This document shows positions 12,116 to 25,051 of a stretch of DNA of 64,000 nt, piece after piece. Positions within the stretch are counted from its first letter, which is position 1; every line of letters starts with the position of its first letter. The notes beneath the pieces are model-generated. The model had not been told where the DNA came from. It saw only the letters and a list, made by a program, of their open reading frames with translations, and did not search any database. Source of the DNA: Podarcis muralis (taxonomy: Eukaryota); contig NC_135659.1 of the NCBI RefSeq assembly GCF_964188315.1, positions 47,678,001 to 47,742,000 on the forward strand, given 5' to 3'. The position numbers and the translations under genes are program-made.

Positions 12116-12388
12116 GTTGTTGTTGTTGTTTAGTCATGTCCGACTCTTTGTGACCCCATGGACCAGAGCACGCCAGGCACTCCTGTCTTCCACTGCCTCC
12201 CGCAGTTTGGTCAAACTCATGTTGGTAGCTTCGAAAACACTGTCCAACCATCTCGTCCTCTGTCATCCCCTTCTCCTTGTGCCCTCAATCTTTCCCAATA
12301 TCAGGCTCTTTTCCAGGGAGTCTTCTCTTCTCATGAGGTGGCCAAAGTATTGGAGCCTCAGCTTCACAATCTATCCTTCCAGTGAGCA
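12116..12388 (-). mobile_element. BovB (RTE clade) LINE 3' fragment
   Basis: (CAA)n tail, then tttagtcatgtccgactctttgtgaccccatggacc...catgaggtggccaaagtattggag, the characteristic BovB 3' end. Confidence 0.85.
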
Positions 12389-12544
12389 TGTTAGGGGTAA
12401 TATTACTCAGAATCTTCTTTGATTGTTTTGTGGTTAATTTATTAATATTTCTCACATTTCCCCCAAAAGGAACCCAGGGTAGCTAAAAATGATCTGGAAT
12501 TTGATAGCTAGGATTTTTACTTATTCCTTGAAAGTCATTAGGCA

Positions 12545-12900
12545 AAATACATGCATGCATACATAGTTTTATTTGTATGCCGCCTTTCAACAGTTCAAAC
12601 CACGCTCTGGGCAGCTTACAACCTGAGAAAATTACATCACTACAACATAACAAAAGTGGCCATAAACAATAAATAAAACATGGAAAAAGACAGAAGCAAA
12701 CTGAACAATTTCCACATAAATCACAAGAAGATCTGAAATAAAGATGCAACCAAACAACACCCCCCACCCTCAAAAAACACACACACAAAGTCCCCAACCC
12801 AACCCAAGAGTCTGTTCAGCAGCTTCAGCTTTTGTAGCTGGAGTCAGTCAGGGCCTCACCTTTACAGGCCAGGTGGAAATAAAGCCTGAAAGGAAGGGAG
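12545..12900 (-). mobile_element. Degenerate L2-type 3' end
   Basis: tttatttgtatgccgcctttcaa...ctctgggcagcttaca resembles the reverse complement of the L2 3' stem-loop region. Confidence 0.45.
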
Positions 12901-13374
12901 TAGGTCCTCCCTGACTCACAGCCAATATGGACTCACAGCCAAACATCACAGCAGCAGCTTTTTGTTATTTAATTTGTATTTTTAGATGTTAGGGCAGTGT
13001 CAGTAGCACAACATGAAAGCAACCCCATTGTAGTCCCCGCACAGCTCCATCTGCAGCACAACTGTACAATCAAATCAAAGGAAAGTGAATAGTAAAAGTT
13101 GATCACTTTTAAGAGACAGCAGAAAAGTGACTACACCATGCTTCATTTTCTTGTCATTTTTTATAGGCTGTGGTGCTTAGGACTAGCAGGGCAGGTCCAC
13201 CCCATCAAAATGTGGCACTGGGGCAAAACTTGGAACTAGCAGAAGAGATGTGGGATTCTGATCAGGGCAAAGGTCCTGCCTGGTGTCCATTTTTGCACAA
13301 ATTTAAATTTGGGCAACATTTCTATTTGTGTCTTGCGAAAGAGCTGAGATGGTTTGGGATGGATTGTAGGATTG

Positions 13375-13540
13375 CATAGAAACATTGGAAGCTGCCTTCT
13401 GCTGCCCATTGGTCCATTCAACTAAGTATTGTGTATACAGTGACTGGCAGTGGTTCTCCAGGATTTCAGAAAGCGGTGGATCCCATTCCTACCTGGAGGT
13501 GCTGGGGACCTTCTGCAGGCAAAGCAGATGCTCTGCCAAG
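13375..13540 (-). mobile_element. Degenerate tRNA-derived SINE with CR1-like tail (different family)
   Basis: catagaaacattggaagctgcctt...gggaccttctgcaggcaaagcagatgctct is the reverse of a tRNA-like head plus a (TTCTTATG)-type tail. Confidence 0.6.
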
Positions 13541-16473
13541 GGCAAAAAGGTTCCCCAATGGAAAATGATGCAACCATATTAGTGAAAGGTCTGTAAAGAG
13601 AAAATAAGCAAATAATAGATAAACAAATAATAATCTTGCAGCCGGGTCTGCTAAGAGATCAATGGACAATAAGTCAGTTTATTTAATCTTGCAGGTGAGC
13701 TCTTGCAAGAGCAGATCACTTTGATTTCTGCTCATTTGTTTGATCTTGCAACTGAATCTTACATTGTCAGCCACTTAGCTTTCGCTGCTTTGCTTACGGT
13801 TGTTCCCGATCTGCTCTTGCAACATAGGCAGTTCAGATTGCTTTTCCAAATGTGATGTACTGAGATTCTGACCATGTTTATAAAACAGGCGAGAACTTAT
13901 CTTTTGATTCAATACAATTTAACTTAAGCCTAGCTATAAGCTGTGTGTAAAGCGATTACTTGACCTAGGACAAAGAGACACTCTTGAAAGTGGTCCCCAA
14001 ATCACCGAGAGGAATAGCACATTAGAAACTGCTGGTATGCAGAAGATGTGGGATAACTATGGATCCAGGAGAGGGAAGCATTTTATTTTATGTCTCCCTC
14101 ATCCTCCTGACAAGCCGGAAGGGATGTGTATTAATAAAACCGTAAGCGAATTAACTTGCAGCTACTCAGTGTTAACCTAAGTCCCCAGGGAAAAAGAAGA
14201 AGCATTTATTTCAGGTTGTGCAGATCATAAACCTTCTGCCTTGTATAACATCCGTGCTCTGGTTACTAATGGACTCTTCCCCCTTTCATTCCTGATGTGG
14301 CCATTGAGCTGATGAATTGCACAGATTATACAGTGATAATGGATGGGGAAGGGGGATTTCAGCAGTCACTTTAAGCAAAACACGAACAGTAAATTTTGCT
14401 GATTCCCTCAAGCGCACCTGGAGGAGTAATGCTGTGTTGACGCAGAGGTGAGAGGAATTCAGGCATTTTAGGGGAAACGTGCTTTATGTGTGGGTCCTGC
14501 TTGAACCTGTTGAAGAAGCATTTAGTTCTGGCCTCATCAGCTGAGCTGCAATGGTTCCTGTTTCTACAAACCATTCCCATAAATGTGTGTGTGCAAAATA
14601 AACGGGCAGTTACTTACTAATTTATTGCATGGGATCCAAGCATCTTCCCTCAAGACAGAACTACTGTTGTAGGGATTTTGAGTTTTCTGAACATTGCAAT
14701 GTAGAGAAGGTGCTTGTCAACATTTCTGAGCACCACAGTGGGGAGAAGGTGGCTATCAATGATGCATGTCTTTCTAGTGAGTGGAAGGTGTTTTTTTCTT
14801 AAAGGTTTCTACATGTTGTTTGCTCCAGTATACCTGGTGAAGAAGATTTCAAAGTGCAATCAAAGCCTCTAACACTTGCTTACCAAAGACAGATAGGAGG
14901 ATGAGTATTCATACCACAGGAACTGCTGTCTCAGACATCTACTTCTGACACACTTCTTGCACCGTTGCTATTATGATTGGAGTGTTTTTGAGTGAGCATC
15001 ACAAGAATGTATTGAATTTTTATAGAGGCACATGTCAGAAATCCAGAGGGAGAGCTTCAGTGGAGGGGTCTGACCAGGAACTTGACCAGGAGGGCTCTGA
15101 TCCATGGCCTCTTCCTCCCCCTCATCATCCTTTTCAAGGTCCTCAGTGTTGGGGGTCCTATGATACATAAGAGAGAAGACCTGAAAAAAAGTGAAGTTAT
15201 CTGGACCATCAGCCAGTCACCTCAGAAGAACACTCGTGTCATTTAGAGCTGTGCCAGCTGGATACAGCGTTTTCTGAAGTTATGAATTTCACGTCATGAC
15301 AAATATCTGGCTCATCTTTCAACAAAAGCTTAAATAGAGAACAATGCAAATGGATGCTGAGAATCAAATATCTGTTGGGAATATACGAGTTTATGTATTT
15401 ATTAGCTAAGCTCTTGCATAACAGGGGAACAAATAACAAGGCAAATATTGATATTCATGTCTACTTGATGCAACAAAATAAAAGCAGGATTAATAAACTA
15501 TGTTAAAATAAATTCACGTACATGTTGCACAGTGGCACCTTACAGTGATGTACTCAGTCTGGGAGAACAACAACCCCCAAATGCACATAATCATTATTGG
15601 TTCAGATATAATATCAAGTGTGCTGCTGGGCATCTGTACTGTAGCTTTTTGGATTAGAGATTTCATTAAACTCTTTTGTCGGAAGTCTTTTCATGCAAAG
15701 TTTTTCTCCCCCCTTTTCTCCTGTAACTTTCATTCCATCCAATTAATTTTTCCACATCTTTGAAGCTGAGCCAGGACCACTGAGACTTTGCCTGGACTCT
15801 CTGAGAAGCCACTGATAGTGGTACAGACGTCACAGTGGGCAACAGGGCTCCTTTAACTGCAGCAGGAAAAGGCAGGAAGGATTTGAGAGCCCTTAAGCTC
15901 TTGGAGTTCATTGATTAGAACTGTAGAACTGGGAGAGACGATTGATGCAGGCCTTTCATTTTCATTCCATCCCCACACACCCTGGGAACACCCCATAAGC
16001 ACATACATTTATTCAGCAGCTCTGCACATATTAATATCTGTTTGCTGTGTAGCTGATGCCTAAATAAAATGAAGGAAAAGATTGCAGAGGAACAACCATT
16101 CTCCCCTGCTGTTTGGTGGCTATTGTACAAAAGAGTGGGAGAAAGTACGGCAGCAAAACTTTTACCCAGTAGCATGAAAATAATATTCCAAAGGATGGGC
16201 AAAGCGGCAATATCATACAGCTAATATCTGTATTGCAGGCGACAACAAATGCCCTAGAAACTGAAATTAGAGTTTGTTTTAGGTTTCCTCATCTTGCGTG
16301 TGATGACACAAAACTGCATTGTATGGACGCGTCTGACACTTGGAGCTGGTTTGCCTGCAATGTTAAGCTACATTTTAAAATGTGCTATGGTTTAGTGAGC
16401 ATGAGCTGGTGCCCCCTCACTCCTGACTGTTCCTTGTGGGAGAGGGGGGAAAAAAGACAAACATGCCAGAGTC

Positions 16474-16619
16474 TGGCGTGGCTTAACATGTGGATCCAGG
16501 ATCATGGTTTGTTGCACTCAAACAAATCATGAGTGGTAATCATAGATTGGCTTCTGCCCATGATTTGTTTCAAGAGAAACAAACCACAAGCCCAGGTTTG
16601 CACATCACAGCATGCCCAC
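16474..16619. repeat. Imperfect palindromic element, probably an old MITE
   Basis: Nested inverted arms atgtg...catggtttgtt...aaacaaatcatg and catgatttgttt...aacaaacc...cacat. Confidence 0.6.
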
Positions 16620-17784
16620 AGGCAGATTTAGGAGAACGTGCCCAGTTTTGGTTGCGCTGGGTGCAGAGCCTTTGGGGTACTGCAGGGGACGCCACAACTG
16701 TGATGTAGAATGGAAGGCAAGAGCAGGGTGCCAAACTTTGGCATTCTGCAGGGCACCCCTGAAATTTCAGACCCCAGGGTCTACCACTGGTATGCCAGGT
16801 GCTGGCTTGTTTGGACTTGTTTAAGCTGGCCAGAGAACCCCTCCAGGAACCGGCTGCTTTTTTTGTTTGAGTTTATAGCAATGAGATGCTGAGAGAAACC
16901 AAAATCGTCAGATCTGCCCACCCCTAGTTACTAGTTGATTATACCATGGTATTTTGGCTTCAGCCAGCACCATATGGGTCATCTATTTTTTGAAGCAAGC
17001 AAAATCCATTTTAATTTCAGCATCCCTGTTTCATCTGTTAGTTCCAAAAGTGAAACATTAAACTCTGTTCCTGCAGCAGCACTTTTGAAAGATTCCTGCT
17101 GGGAGAGTCCCGACAGCCTAATCAGAGACACTGTTAATGAGGTTCACCCTTAAGCAAACTGTGATTACACATGCAGCTTTTCCGGAGACTGTCTTGATAG
17201 CTGCTCTTCACTAATTTATTTTTTAAAAAATTTTTTGCATCACCTTGCATGGTGTTAGACCATTCAATGACTTTGAATATTTCTGCTTATCTGCAGTTTG
17301 TAAGCCACCTCTCCAAATTATTTTAAGGTGTGGATTTGCTGACTGGTGAAAGCAAAGTACCTTTTCTAATTAAGATTTCATTCTTCCGCCACCTAATCTG
17401 AGGACTAAATCTCTCCTCTACCCACAATATGCCAATCTGAAACATCCTTAAAGATGCCCCCCACTTTCTTTAAATACTATTTTTTCCTGGTTTTCTCTCC
17501 TCCCCACCCCTGATAGCCTAATATATCTTTAATGTTGCTTTCTGTCGCTTAATATTGAATATTAAAGAGGACTTGAACGAAAACCTTTGGGGCATCTATT
17601 TGCAAAATGCACATGCATCTGCCTCTTAATTAAGATTGGATAGCCAATCTGGGAGGACAGACTGCATCACCACTGTGATAGTGGTGCACATATGCAGAAA
17701 CAGATAGCCAGAACTGTCCTGCTGATCTTCATCAGATTCCCCTGATATCTTTATGCACTTATGGAAGACGTGTTATATTGCTTC

Positions 17785-17826
17785 TTTTATGGAACTGTGG
17801 CAAAGTTTTATGGAGCTGTGGCAATG
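17785..17826. repeat. 21-bp tandem duplication
   Basis: ttttatggaactgtggcaaag followed by ttttatggagctgtggcaatg. Confidence 0.85.
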
Positions 17827-19779
17827 TCTAACAGTTTTTCCTAATGTGCATCATCATTATTGTACACAGATTAAGACTGCTGGATTGGGTCAATTTCCTT
17901 TTCCCTTGGTAGAAAGGAGAAAAAAGTTCTTCATGTTCTGGTAGATTTTCAAGCATTTAAGAATACTCTTCATGCTAGCTCAGAATTCTTTTGCTTAAGA
18001 CATACAGCTTTTTTTTTTTTTAAAATCATATATGCCTATCTGTCTCCTGTGCTGTTCTATTCCATCCTTGATTGGAAATAGGAAAATCAGTAGTAGCATT
18101 GTTTTTCAGCAACTCCTCCAACAAAGACAATTGCAACAAAAGCAAGACAAATAAATTTTATTGAATTATTTTGAAACCATGCTGCTTGGTATTGAAAATG
18201 TCAGCATCTCCCCTTCTCCTAAACAGTTCAACCATCTCTGTTTTCTACCCATTGCAAATACTATGTTTGGTGTCACAAAGTCAGCTCTAGCACATGCTTA
18301 TCTGAATGAGCAATCTGTGTGAAATGAATAAGATCTTTTTCTCCGGCTATATAAATGATTCAGTCTTGCTGCTGCATCTCAAATGCTGTTCCTTCCTTCT
18401 TTTGTTTTTAAAGGACTCTATCAATGTTCTCTTCCTATGCCCTGTATTTCTATATTTTTTTAAAATGCTTTTTCTATGTTATGCCCTTGGAAGCTTGAAA
18501 TTGAAATCTGTTCCTTACTTACCCAGAAATATATTTTGACTTTTCCGTCAGCAGACAGTGATAGTGGTTTGCTGTAATTCAGTAACTCATGAGAGCCCAG
18601 TTGTGGAGAGTCTGTGCAAATTATTATGAAAATAGCAAATAGAAGTTGGGTGTTGTGCTGGCTTTCCTCCAATGAGATACAAAATAGGCGATACCTTTTA
18701 TTGATCAGACGTCAGTTGGCAATAGGGTACGCATTTTCAGGATCACAAATCCACACTGAGCATAACTGAACAATATTCAAGGGATGCCCGAAAATTATGC
18801 AGGGCATTCTTAACATTCAAAATAGCCCTTGGGGTATCTGTATTCATAGAAATACTGTTGTGTGAATGTGTGTCTTATGCATCTCTGCTATCACCACCAG
18901 TTTCAGTGCTCTGAATATATGTATAAAATGGGATAGGAGAAATTGCTGCTGCTGAGATCTGGGGTGTTTTGGTTGACATATGCACTGCTCATGCATATAC
19001 AGATATCAGACTGACTACTGTGAGTGCAAAAAGCACCCCAATGTGATCAGAATCAACTAGGTAGAAGAAAAGGTTTTTTTGTCAATGCAGAGACCTTTTG
19101 CTATGTGATATAGATACTGGCCTGATATTTAAATATATTTATGTGTGTGTAAAAAGAAAAGAAAGTGCAGTAGTGTCCTCCAAATGTTATGTTTGTACTG
19201 TGCAACACTGTGATATGCAGCCCCGATCCTATGTTTGTCTGTTGGGATGTAAGTCCTAATGATTTCATTGGTAGGGTTGATGGTGGGACTAGCACACTAG
19301 TGGTGCCTAGTTTGTTAACAGCATTCCAACAATTTTTGGGACTGAGTATGCAAGTAGTTGCCTGATTTTTTGGAATCCCAGTATGTATTTTTGTGTATAT
19401 TAAGTGATTAATTAATGGATTTGAAACCCACCCCCTTTTTCAGTTCATAGCTCTCCAGAGGTAGCTTATTGACATCAGGATAAAACAATTAAGTACAAAA
19501 TAAACAACCCCGCCTCACACTAAAACAGCAGCAGCTAAAACGTCCAGCATGCAGCATTTCGGCAAAAAACAGTTTGAAACAGAAATATCTTCATGTTTAA
19601 AGGCTAATGCAGATGCCACATGTGCCTTTCAAAGGAGACGGTTTGAAACATATAGAGCCATCAGTGAAAAGTTCTTGTCTATGGAGACTAACTACCAGTT
19701 TGGTGGATCTTACTGCCAGACCAGAGAGCAGGACTGAAGACTCTGGCAGGCTCATATGAGTGCAGGTAATCCTCCAGAA

Positions 19780-20136
19780 TGGGGGCGCGGGTGGCGCTGT
19801 GGGTTAAAGCCTCAGCACCTAGGACTTGCCGATCGAAAGGTCGGCGGTTCGAATCCCCACGGCGGGGTGCGCTCCCGTCGTTCGGTCCCAGCGCCTGCCA
19901 ACCTAGCAGTTCGAAAGCACCTTCGGGTGCAAGTAGATAAATAGGGACCACTTACCAGCGGGAAGGTAAACAGCGTTCCGTGTGCTGCGCTGGCTCGCCA
20001 GATGCAGCTTGTCACGCTGGCCACGTGACCCGGAAGTGTCTGCGGACGGCGCTGGCTCCCGGCCTATAGAGTGAGATGAGCGCACAACCCTAGAGTCTGG
20101 CAAGACTGGCCTGTACGGGCAGGGGTACCTTTACCT
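19780..20136 (+). mobile_element. Sauria SINE (subfamily B), full length
   Basis: Head, core and tail are intact. 13-bp TSD TAATCCTCCAGAA at 19767-19779 and 20137-20149. Confidence 0.95.
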
Positions 20137-20225
20137 TAATCCTCCAGAAATCTGGCAAACAATTTAGGGACTTCTCTCAATCAACTGTGCAAGGTTCCCA
20201 ATTGCACGGAGTTCCAACACACATA

Positions 20226-20452
20226 CAGTGGTACCTCAGGTTACAAACACTTCGGGTTACAAACTCCGCTAACCTGGAAGTAGTGCCTCGGGTTAAGAAC
20301 TTTACCTCAGGATGAGAACAGAAATTGTGCAGCAGTGGCACAGCGGGCAGCAGGAGGCCCCATTAGCTAAAGTGGTACCTCAGGTTAAGAATGGTTTCAG
20401 GTTAAGAACGGGCCTCTGGAATGAATTAAGTTCGTAACCAGAGGTACCACTG
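20226..20452. mobile_element. Tc1/mariner-type MITE, family A
   Basis: TIR CAGTGGTACCTC with TA TSD. Opposite orientation to the 2846 copy. Confidence 0.92.
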
Positions 20453-23400
20453 TACAGCTATATGTATGTGAATGCCCCTTTGCAGACATCCAGCTGCATA
20501 GGCAGGCATGGTTCTCTTCCCACCTCCAGAATGAGGAATGCGGGTCTATATTAGAAAATAAGACTAGTGTCTCTTAACTAGTGATTTACATAGGCAGTGG
20601 AGGAATGTTTGATAACTACTAAAACCAGGCAAATTTTTAAAATAGCTGTATGTGTGATGAAGTCCTGCCCCCCCAAAAAAATCTCAGCCATTGGTGCATT
20701 TTCTTCTTCATTTCATTTCTTGCCCACTTAGCTATTTATAGTGGAGGCTTGTGTTAGTTAGGCAAAGCACCATTTATACATTGTGTATATTTAAACGAAG
20801 CCACACATGCAGCTATGCACAGACTGGTGCTTTCTCCCTCTAGCCTTACTGAGATTTGTGCGAAAGAGAAGAAAATAAACATTGAATCAAGGTATTTCTT
20901 GCTGATCTTAGAGGAATGCAGTGCATGCTGTGGAATGCCCCAGTTCTTCCTTGATGTTCGTGCCAGGAAGTAGCACTCCCACAAATTAGGAGGGGGGAAT
21001 GGGTGGGCACATGGGAAGGAGACATGTATCACTGCACATTTATTTTTATTTAACAAGAGAAAATGGAGGAGTGCTTTGTTAACTATCACTCGCTGTTTAA
21101 AATTGTGTCACTCATTCTACAAACGTCGACTCCACCATGTGGCCTTCAGCAGCTAATGCTGATCTGCCCACTCTGTCTGTGCTAAGAAACTCATTATTAA
21201 ATATTCTTTTGTGAGTTCTCTTAAAGTTACAAGTCCACAGAAGCAAAACGGTGCAGAAAGCTGGCTGGGTGGAAATGCAGCCAAATGCCATGCCTCATTA
21301 CCAAATTGCCCTGTGGGTTTGGAATGAATAAAAGCAAAATGAGAAATCTAATCAGGATGCCCTGCTCCTACAAAGCCACTAACTGCTGTGGTGCAAACTG
21401 CTGTTCATGCCATATCTGCTAACCCAGAATCCTGCATTGGCATGTGGAGCCGAGCTAACGAACTTGTATCACTTGCCATTTAAAAAGCCCTTAGCAATGC
21501 ACTAGGTTTTGCTAATGATGTTGGCTCCTTTGGGGCTTTAGATGGCCTTGAGGATGCCACATAATGTTGGCACCATCTGGCCCACTTCTGCAAGTGGAAC
21601 TCAAGCACTTTTGCACCGAATGCATAAGACGCAAGCATTGGCATAGCAACAGAAGTGGCTGTCACTGGAGTCAGGTCCCAATAGTGTCAGGCCACCAGAA
21701 AAGTCCTTCCTCAAGCACAGTGATCCAGTCCTATATATAACTTGCATTGACATGAATGCTACAATTTCATGGCCAAAGTATAAAATAAAAAGACACTGCA
21801 TTGAGAGGGAAATGACATTTGAATTTAACCTAAGGAAAAAAATAGCATGTCAAGCCCTGGTCTGGAGTGCCATCAGGGGGGTCCCATTCACAACTCTCCT
21901 AGTTTATGCTTCCAAAATTTTCATGAGAACTTTTTTATTATTTTTAATGCAAACCAATGAGGAAAAGTAGCAAACCGAATTTAAGATTGGGGAAATTGGG
22001 AATTAAACTGGACATGTTTTTCCCATCCCTAAGTGCAGCTAATTTTGAAATTTGACAACCTCAGATAAGTTAAGTAGCGCTTAAATAATTCTTTTAATAT
22101 AGGAAGCAAAGTGTTGATGTACAGTTTTAAGACTTTGGTTTTGTGGTTGTTGCATGCACGAGACTTTTCCTGCTACATGCTACAGACTCAGAAGAGTTCC
22201 AGCCAGCATTCATGCCTTCAAGTAAAGTGGCAACACAGTCCAATTATGCCCGCTCTCAACTCTAATGGGGAGGGGCAGAGAGAGAGAGAGAGATGGTACT
22301 TTTATGCTCCCCTTCCCTTTTTCATTTTCAAATCCTGACCCTTCCCACTAGTGCCATTTGTGGATTTGAACTGGCAGGCTTTGTGTGGGGTATTATCTGT
22401 ACATTCACCCAGTACTGATTCAGTGAACCAGCATTTCCTCACAAAGCAGACGGGAAGTGTGTGCAGTTCTTTTTGTAATAAATCATGGGCATGAAAAAGG
22501 ATTTCTTTAACTCCTTTAGCCCATTCTTCTCCATTTCTCTCACCTTCTGGGAATAGGCCTGTAAGAGACTCTGCAGGCATATAGTGGGTGCAGGAAATAA
22601 AAGACAGGGGAAATCAAAGGAAGAAAAGTCAGAGGTCCCAGCGATTTTCTGTAGATTGAACACTCTTGAAAGCAAGGAAGGACTGTAAGAAAAATAAGCA
22701 AACCAAAAATAACACACATCTTCAGGCATGTTATTAAATCTTCCTTGACAATAGCAGGCAGCCAAGAGCTCTTTCAAGGGATAAATTATATGCCCAGGGT
22801 GAATCAGAGCTGCTTCTCACAAGATTTTTTCCCTAAGTACAAATCATACATGCATCACATCAGGGTGCATGCTTGTTTCAAACACAACCTCCAAAATACT
22901 TGAAAGTGGGGGGGTCCAGTCTTTTCTTGGCCACTTGCAAGTATTTGAAGGGAATCCCCCCCCGCCCATCTGAAGCAACTGTATATCTGAGTGAGGAAGG
23001 GAGGTTAGATTTTTCAATTGAAAAAGGACAGCCTTTCAGCTTGCTCAGGCCAAGATACCTGGGGAGAAGGGGACTGAAGAAACCGTTGGGTTCCCTACAG
23101 TGTGTTTTGCCATGGGCTGATTCTCTCTCATCTTAATGCTGTCCCATTAGTACATTTCCCTTCCAAAAGACCAAGAAATGGTCTGATTTAAAGGCAAGGT
23201 TTTTGGCACATGGGCCACAGTTAAAATCTAGAATATGGACAGAGCCATTCTGGTGGCATTCCAGTGCAGAAAGCATTCCCCACTTACAGTGCTTTGCCGT
23301 GGCATCTTGCAGTTCTGAAGAGCCAAGCTGGAGTGTTGCCCTGACTGTATACCACATGCCACAGCTGGGTTTCATGGCCTCCCAGCTCCTTTCAGGGTTA

Positions 23401-24535
23401 CCAGATGGATATCTGTGCTGCTTATGACATTTATACTACAGATTGCCCCCCCCCCATGTTTTAAAATGCTAATATGCAATCTTACATATGCCTCCTCAAA
23501 AGTAAGTCCCATTCAGTTCAATGGGGCTCCCTCCCTTATAACACTGCAGCCCTAAGACAACTGAATAGGAAATAAACTATTGTGCAAAACACATTCAGTT
23601 CAGGATCTACAGCTTAATTAGTTTGTGGATTACAAACTGTTTAATTTTCTATTTCAGCTTCCCTCTCCGTTACTTTCTCCCCATTTTTAGCTGGAGAATG
23701 TGTGGCTTAGTATTTATGAATGTTCTTTCTCTCTCCTTATTCCTTCTCAGACATTGGGGATTTTCATCAGACAGCTTTACAAGAACAAATCTCAGCTGTT
23801 TCCATAGATATGTTTAAATAATAGATTGTAATAGCCATTCACCTAGTATCAAGTGAAAGCTCTTTGCTTCTCTAGAAGCTCTAGAGTATAGTAGCAAAAT
23901 GACTTTTTTATTGTTTCATTTTACATATAGCAAAAGTTGTGACTTTGTGTGGTTCCTCCTTATTTTCAGGAATTTCTATATTGTACCCTTTGATATAAAA
24001 CCCAAATCCATAATTAGGGCAGTACTTTTATTAAAGGATACAAAACAGTGGGCAAGCTTTCGTGCCCCCAGATCTCTGCATCGGGATGTTAAAACCACAA
24101 GGTGGGGAAGAGAGAGAGGCTGCTGGTGTAAATCAAACTATCTTGGTCTTCCTTTGCTGAAAGTCTTGATGCAGTGTCTGGGAGGAGGTAGAAGACAATC
24201 AGATGAGACCCTTTTGGGCATATTAGGTTTCAAGCTGCGCACCAGCCTTATGGGAAGGAGAAGCACAAAACGTGCACCTATTACAACCAAAGTTGATTGT
24301 TAGAAGCCTTTAGTGTGACTCCCCCTATCCATCCCAAGAACACAGAGATCCATGGAGTGAGATGAGTGACGGACTTTCAGCCTGCAATTGGTGTCAGTTT
24401 GGTAAGGCAGGAGTTCACCTGAAGTGGTGGGCGGCTGAAAGAAAAGTAGGTAGTGTGAGAAACCAAACTTCCATCACCACACACTCAAACTGGCCTCTTG
24501 AGTGCTGACGACTTGTCCTGTCTTTGTTTTTACAG

Positions 24536-24647
24536 GTGCTCCCTAATGGGCTTTGATTTAAACAGGCATTGGGCAGATCCCTCGCCTTGGGCTCATCCCA
24601 CTCTCCACGGTGTCAAGCAGCTCATTGTTCAGATGTACAACAATCCG
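24536..24647 (+). CDS. AGBL4: Internal coding exon of cytosolic carboxypeptidase 6 (M14 zinc carboxypeptidase, tubulin deglutamylase)
   Basis: Branch point CTGAC (24505-24509), acceptor tctttgtttttacag| and donor CCG|gtgagt bound a 112-nt exon. The first base completes an Arg codon, then CSLMGFDLNRHWADPSPWAHPTLHGVKQLIVQMYNNP. This matches the vertebrate AGBL4 segment as I recall it (RCSLMGFDLNRHWxDPSPWxHPTLHGVKQLIxQMYNDP), including the M14 DLNR motif. Confidence 0.95.
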
Positions 24648-24945
24648 GTGAGTGAGCAACCTCACACTGAAATAGTAGCTAAGCATCTATCTAAAACTGT
24701 TCTTTTATCTTCTGCATGCACCATCACACAGTGTCTTGATGATTCAAGAGCACATTGAGACATTGTGGCAATAATTCAGCACGGTAGGGTTGCGTTTTTT
24801 ACTCAAACATGCTACTACAGCGCCCTGTCTTCTACTTCCTTGGTTCTTCTGCATATAACCTTTAGCTGCATGACCAGTTCCACGTTGCACAGGTCTGATC
24901 AAGTCTCTGTTGCAATTCATCTGCTGTCTGGGAGACTACCTATTG

Positions 24946-25051
24946 CAGCCTTTCCCAACTTGGTGTCCTCCAGATGTTTGGGGTTACACATCTCATCAGG
25001 GTGACGGTTTTAGTCCAAAATAACTGTAGGGTACCAGGTTTGTGAAGGCTG
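24946..25051. mobile_element. Short palindromic hAT-type MITE about 300 bp downstream of the AGBL4 exon
   Basis: Termini cagcctttcccaacttgg and ccaggtttgtgaaggctg. TSD ACCTATTG/ATCTGTTG (6/8). Confidence 0.65.

Noticed and set aside
15032-15168. Small LTR-like or acidic-ORF element
   Set aside because: The termini are imperfect, there is no TSD, and there is no second copy in the window.
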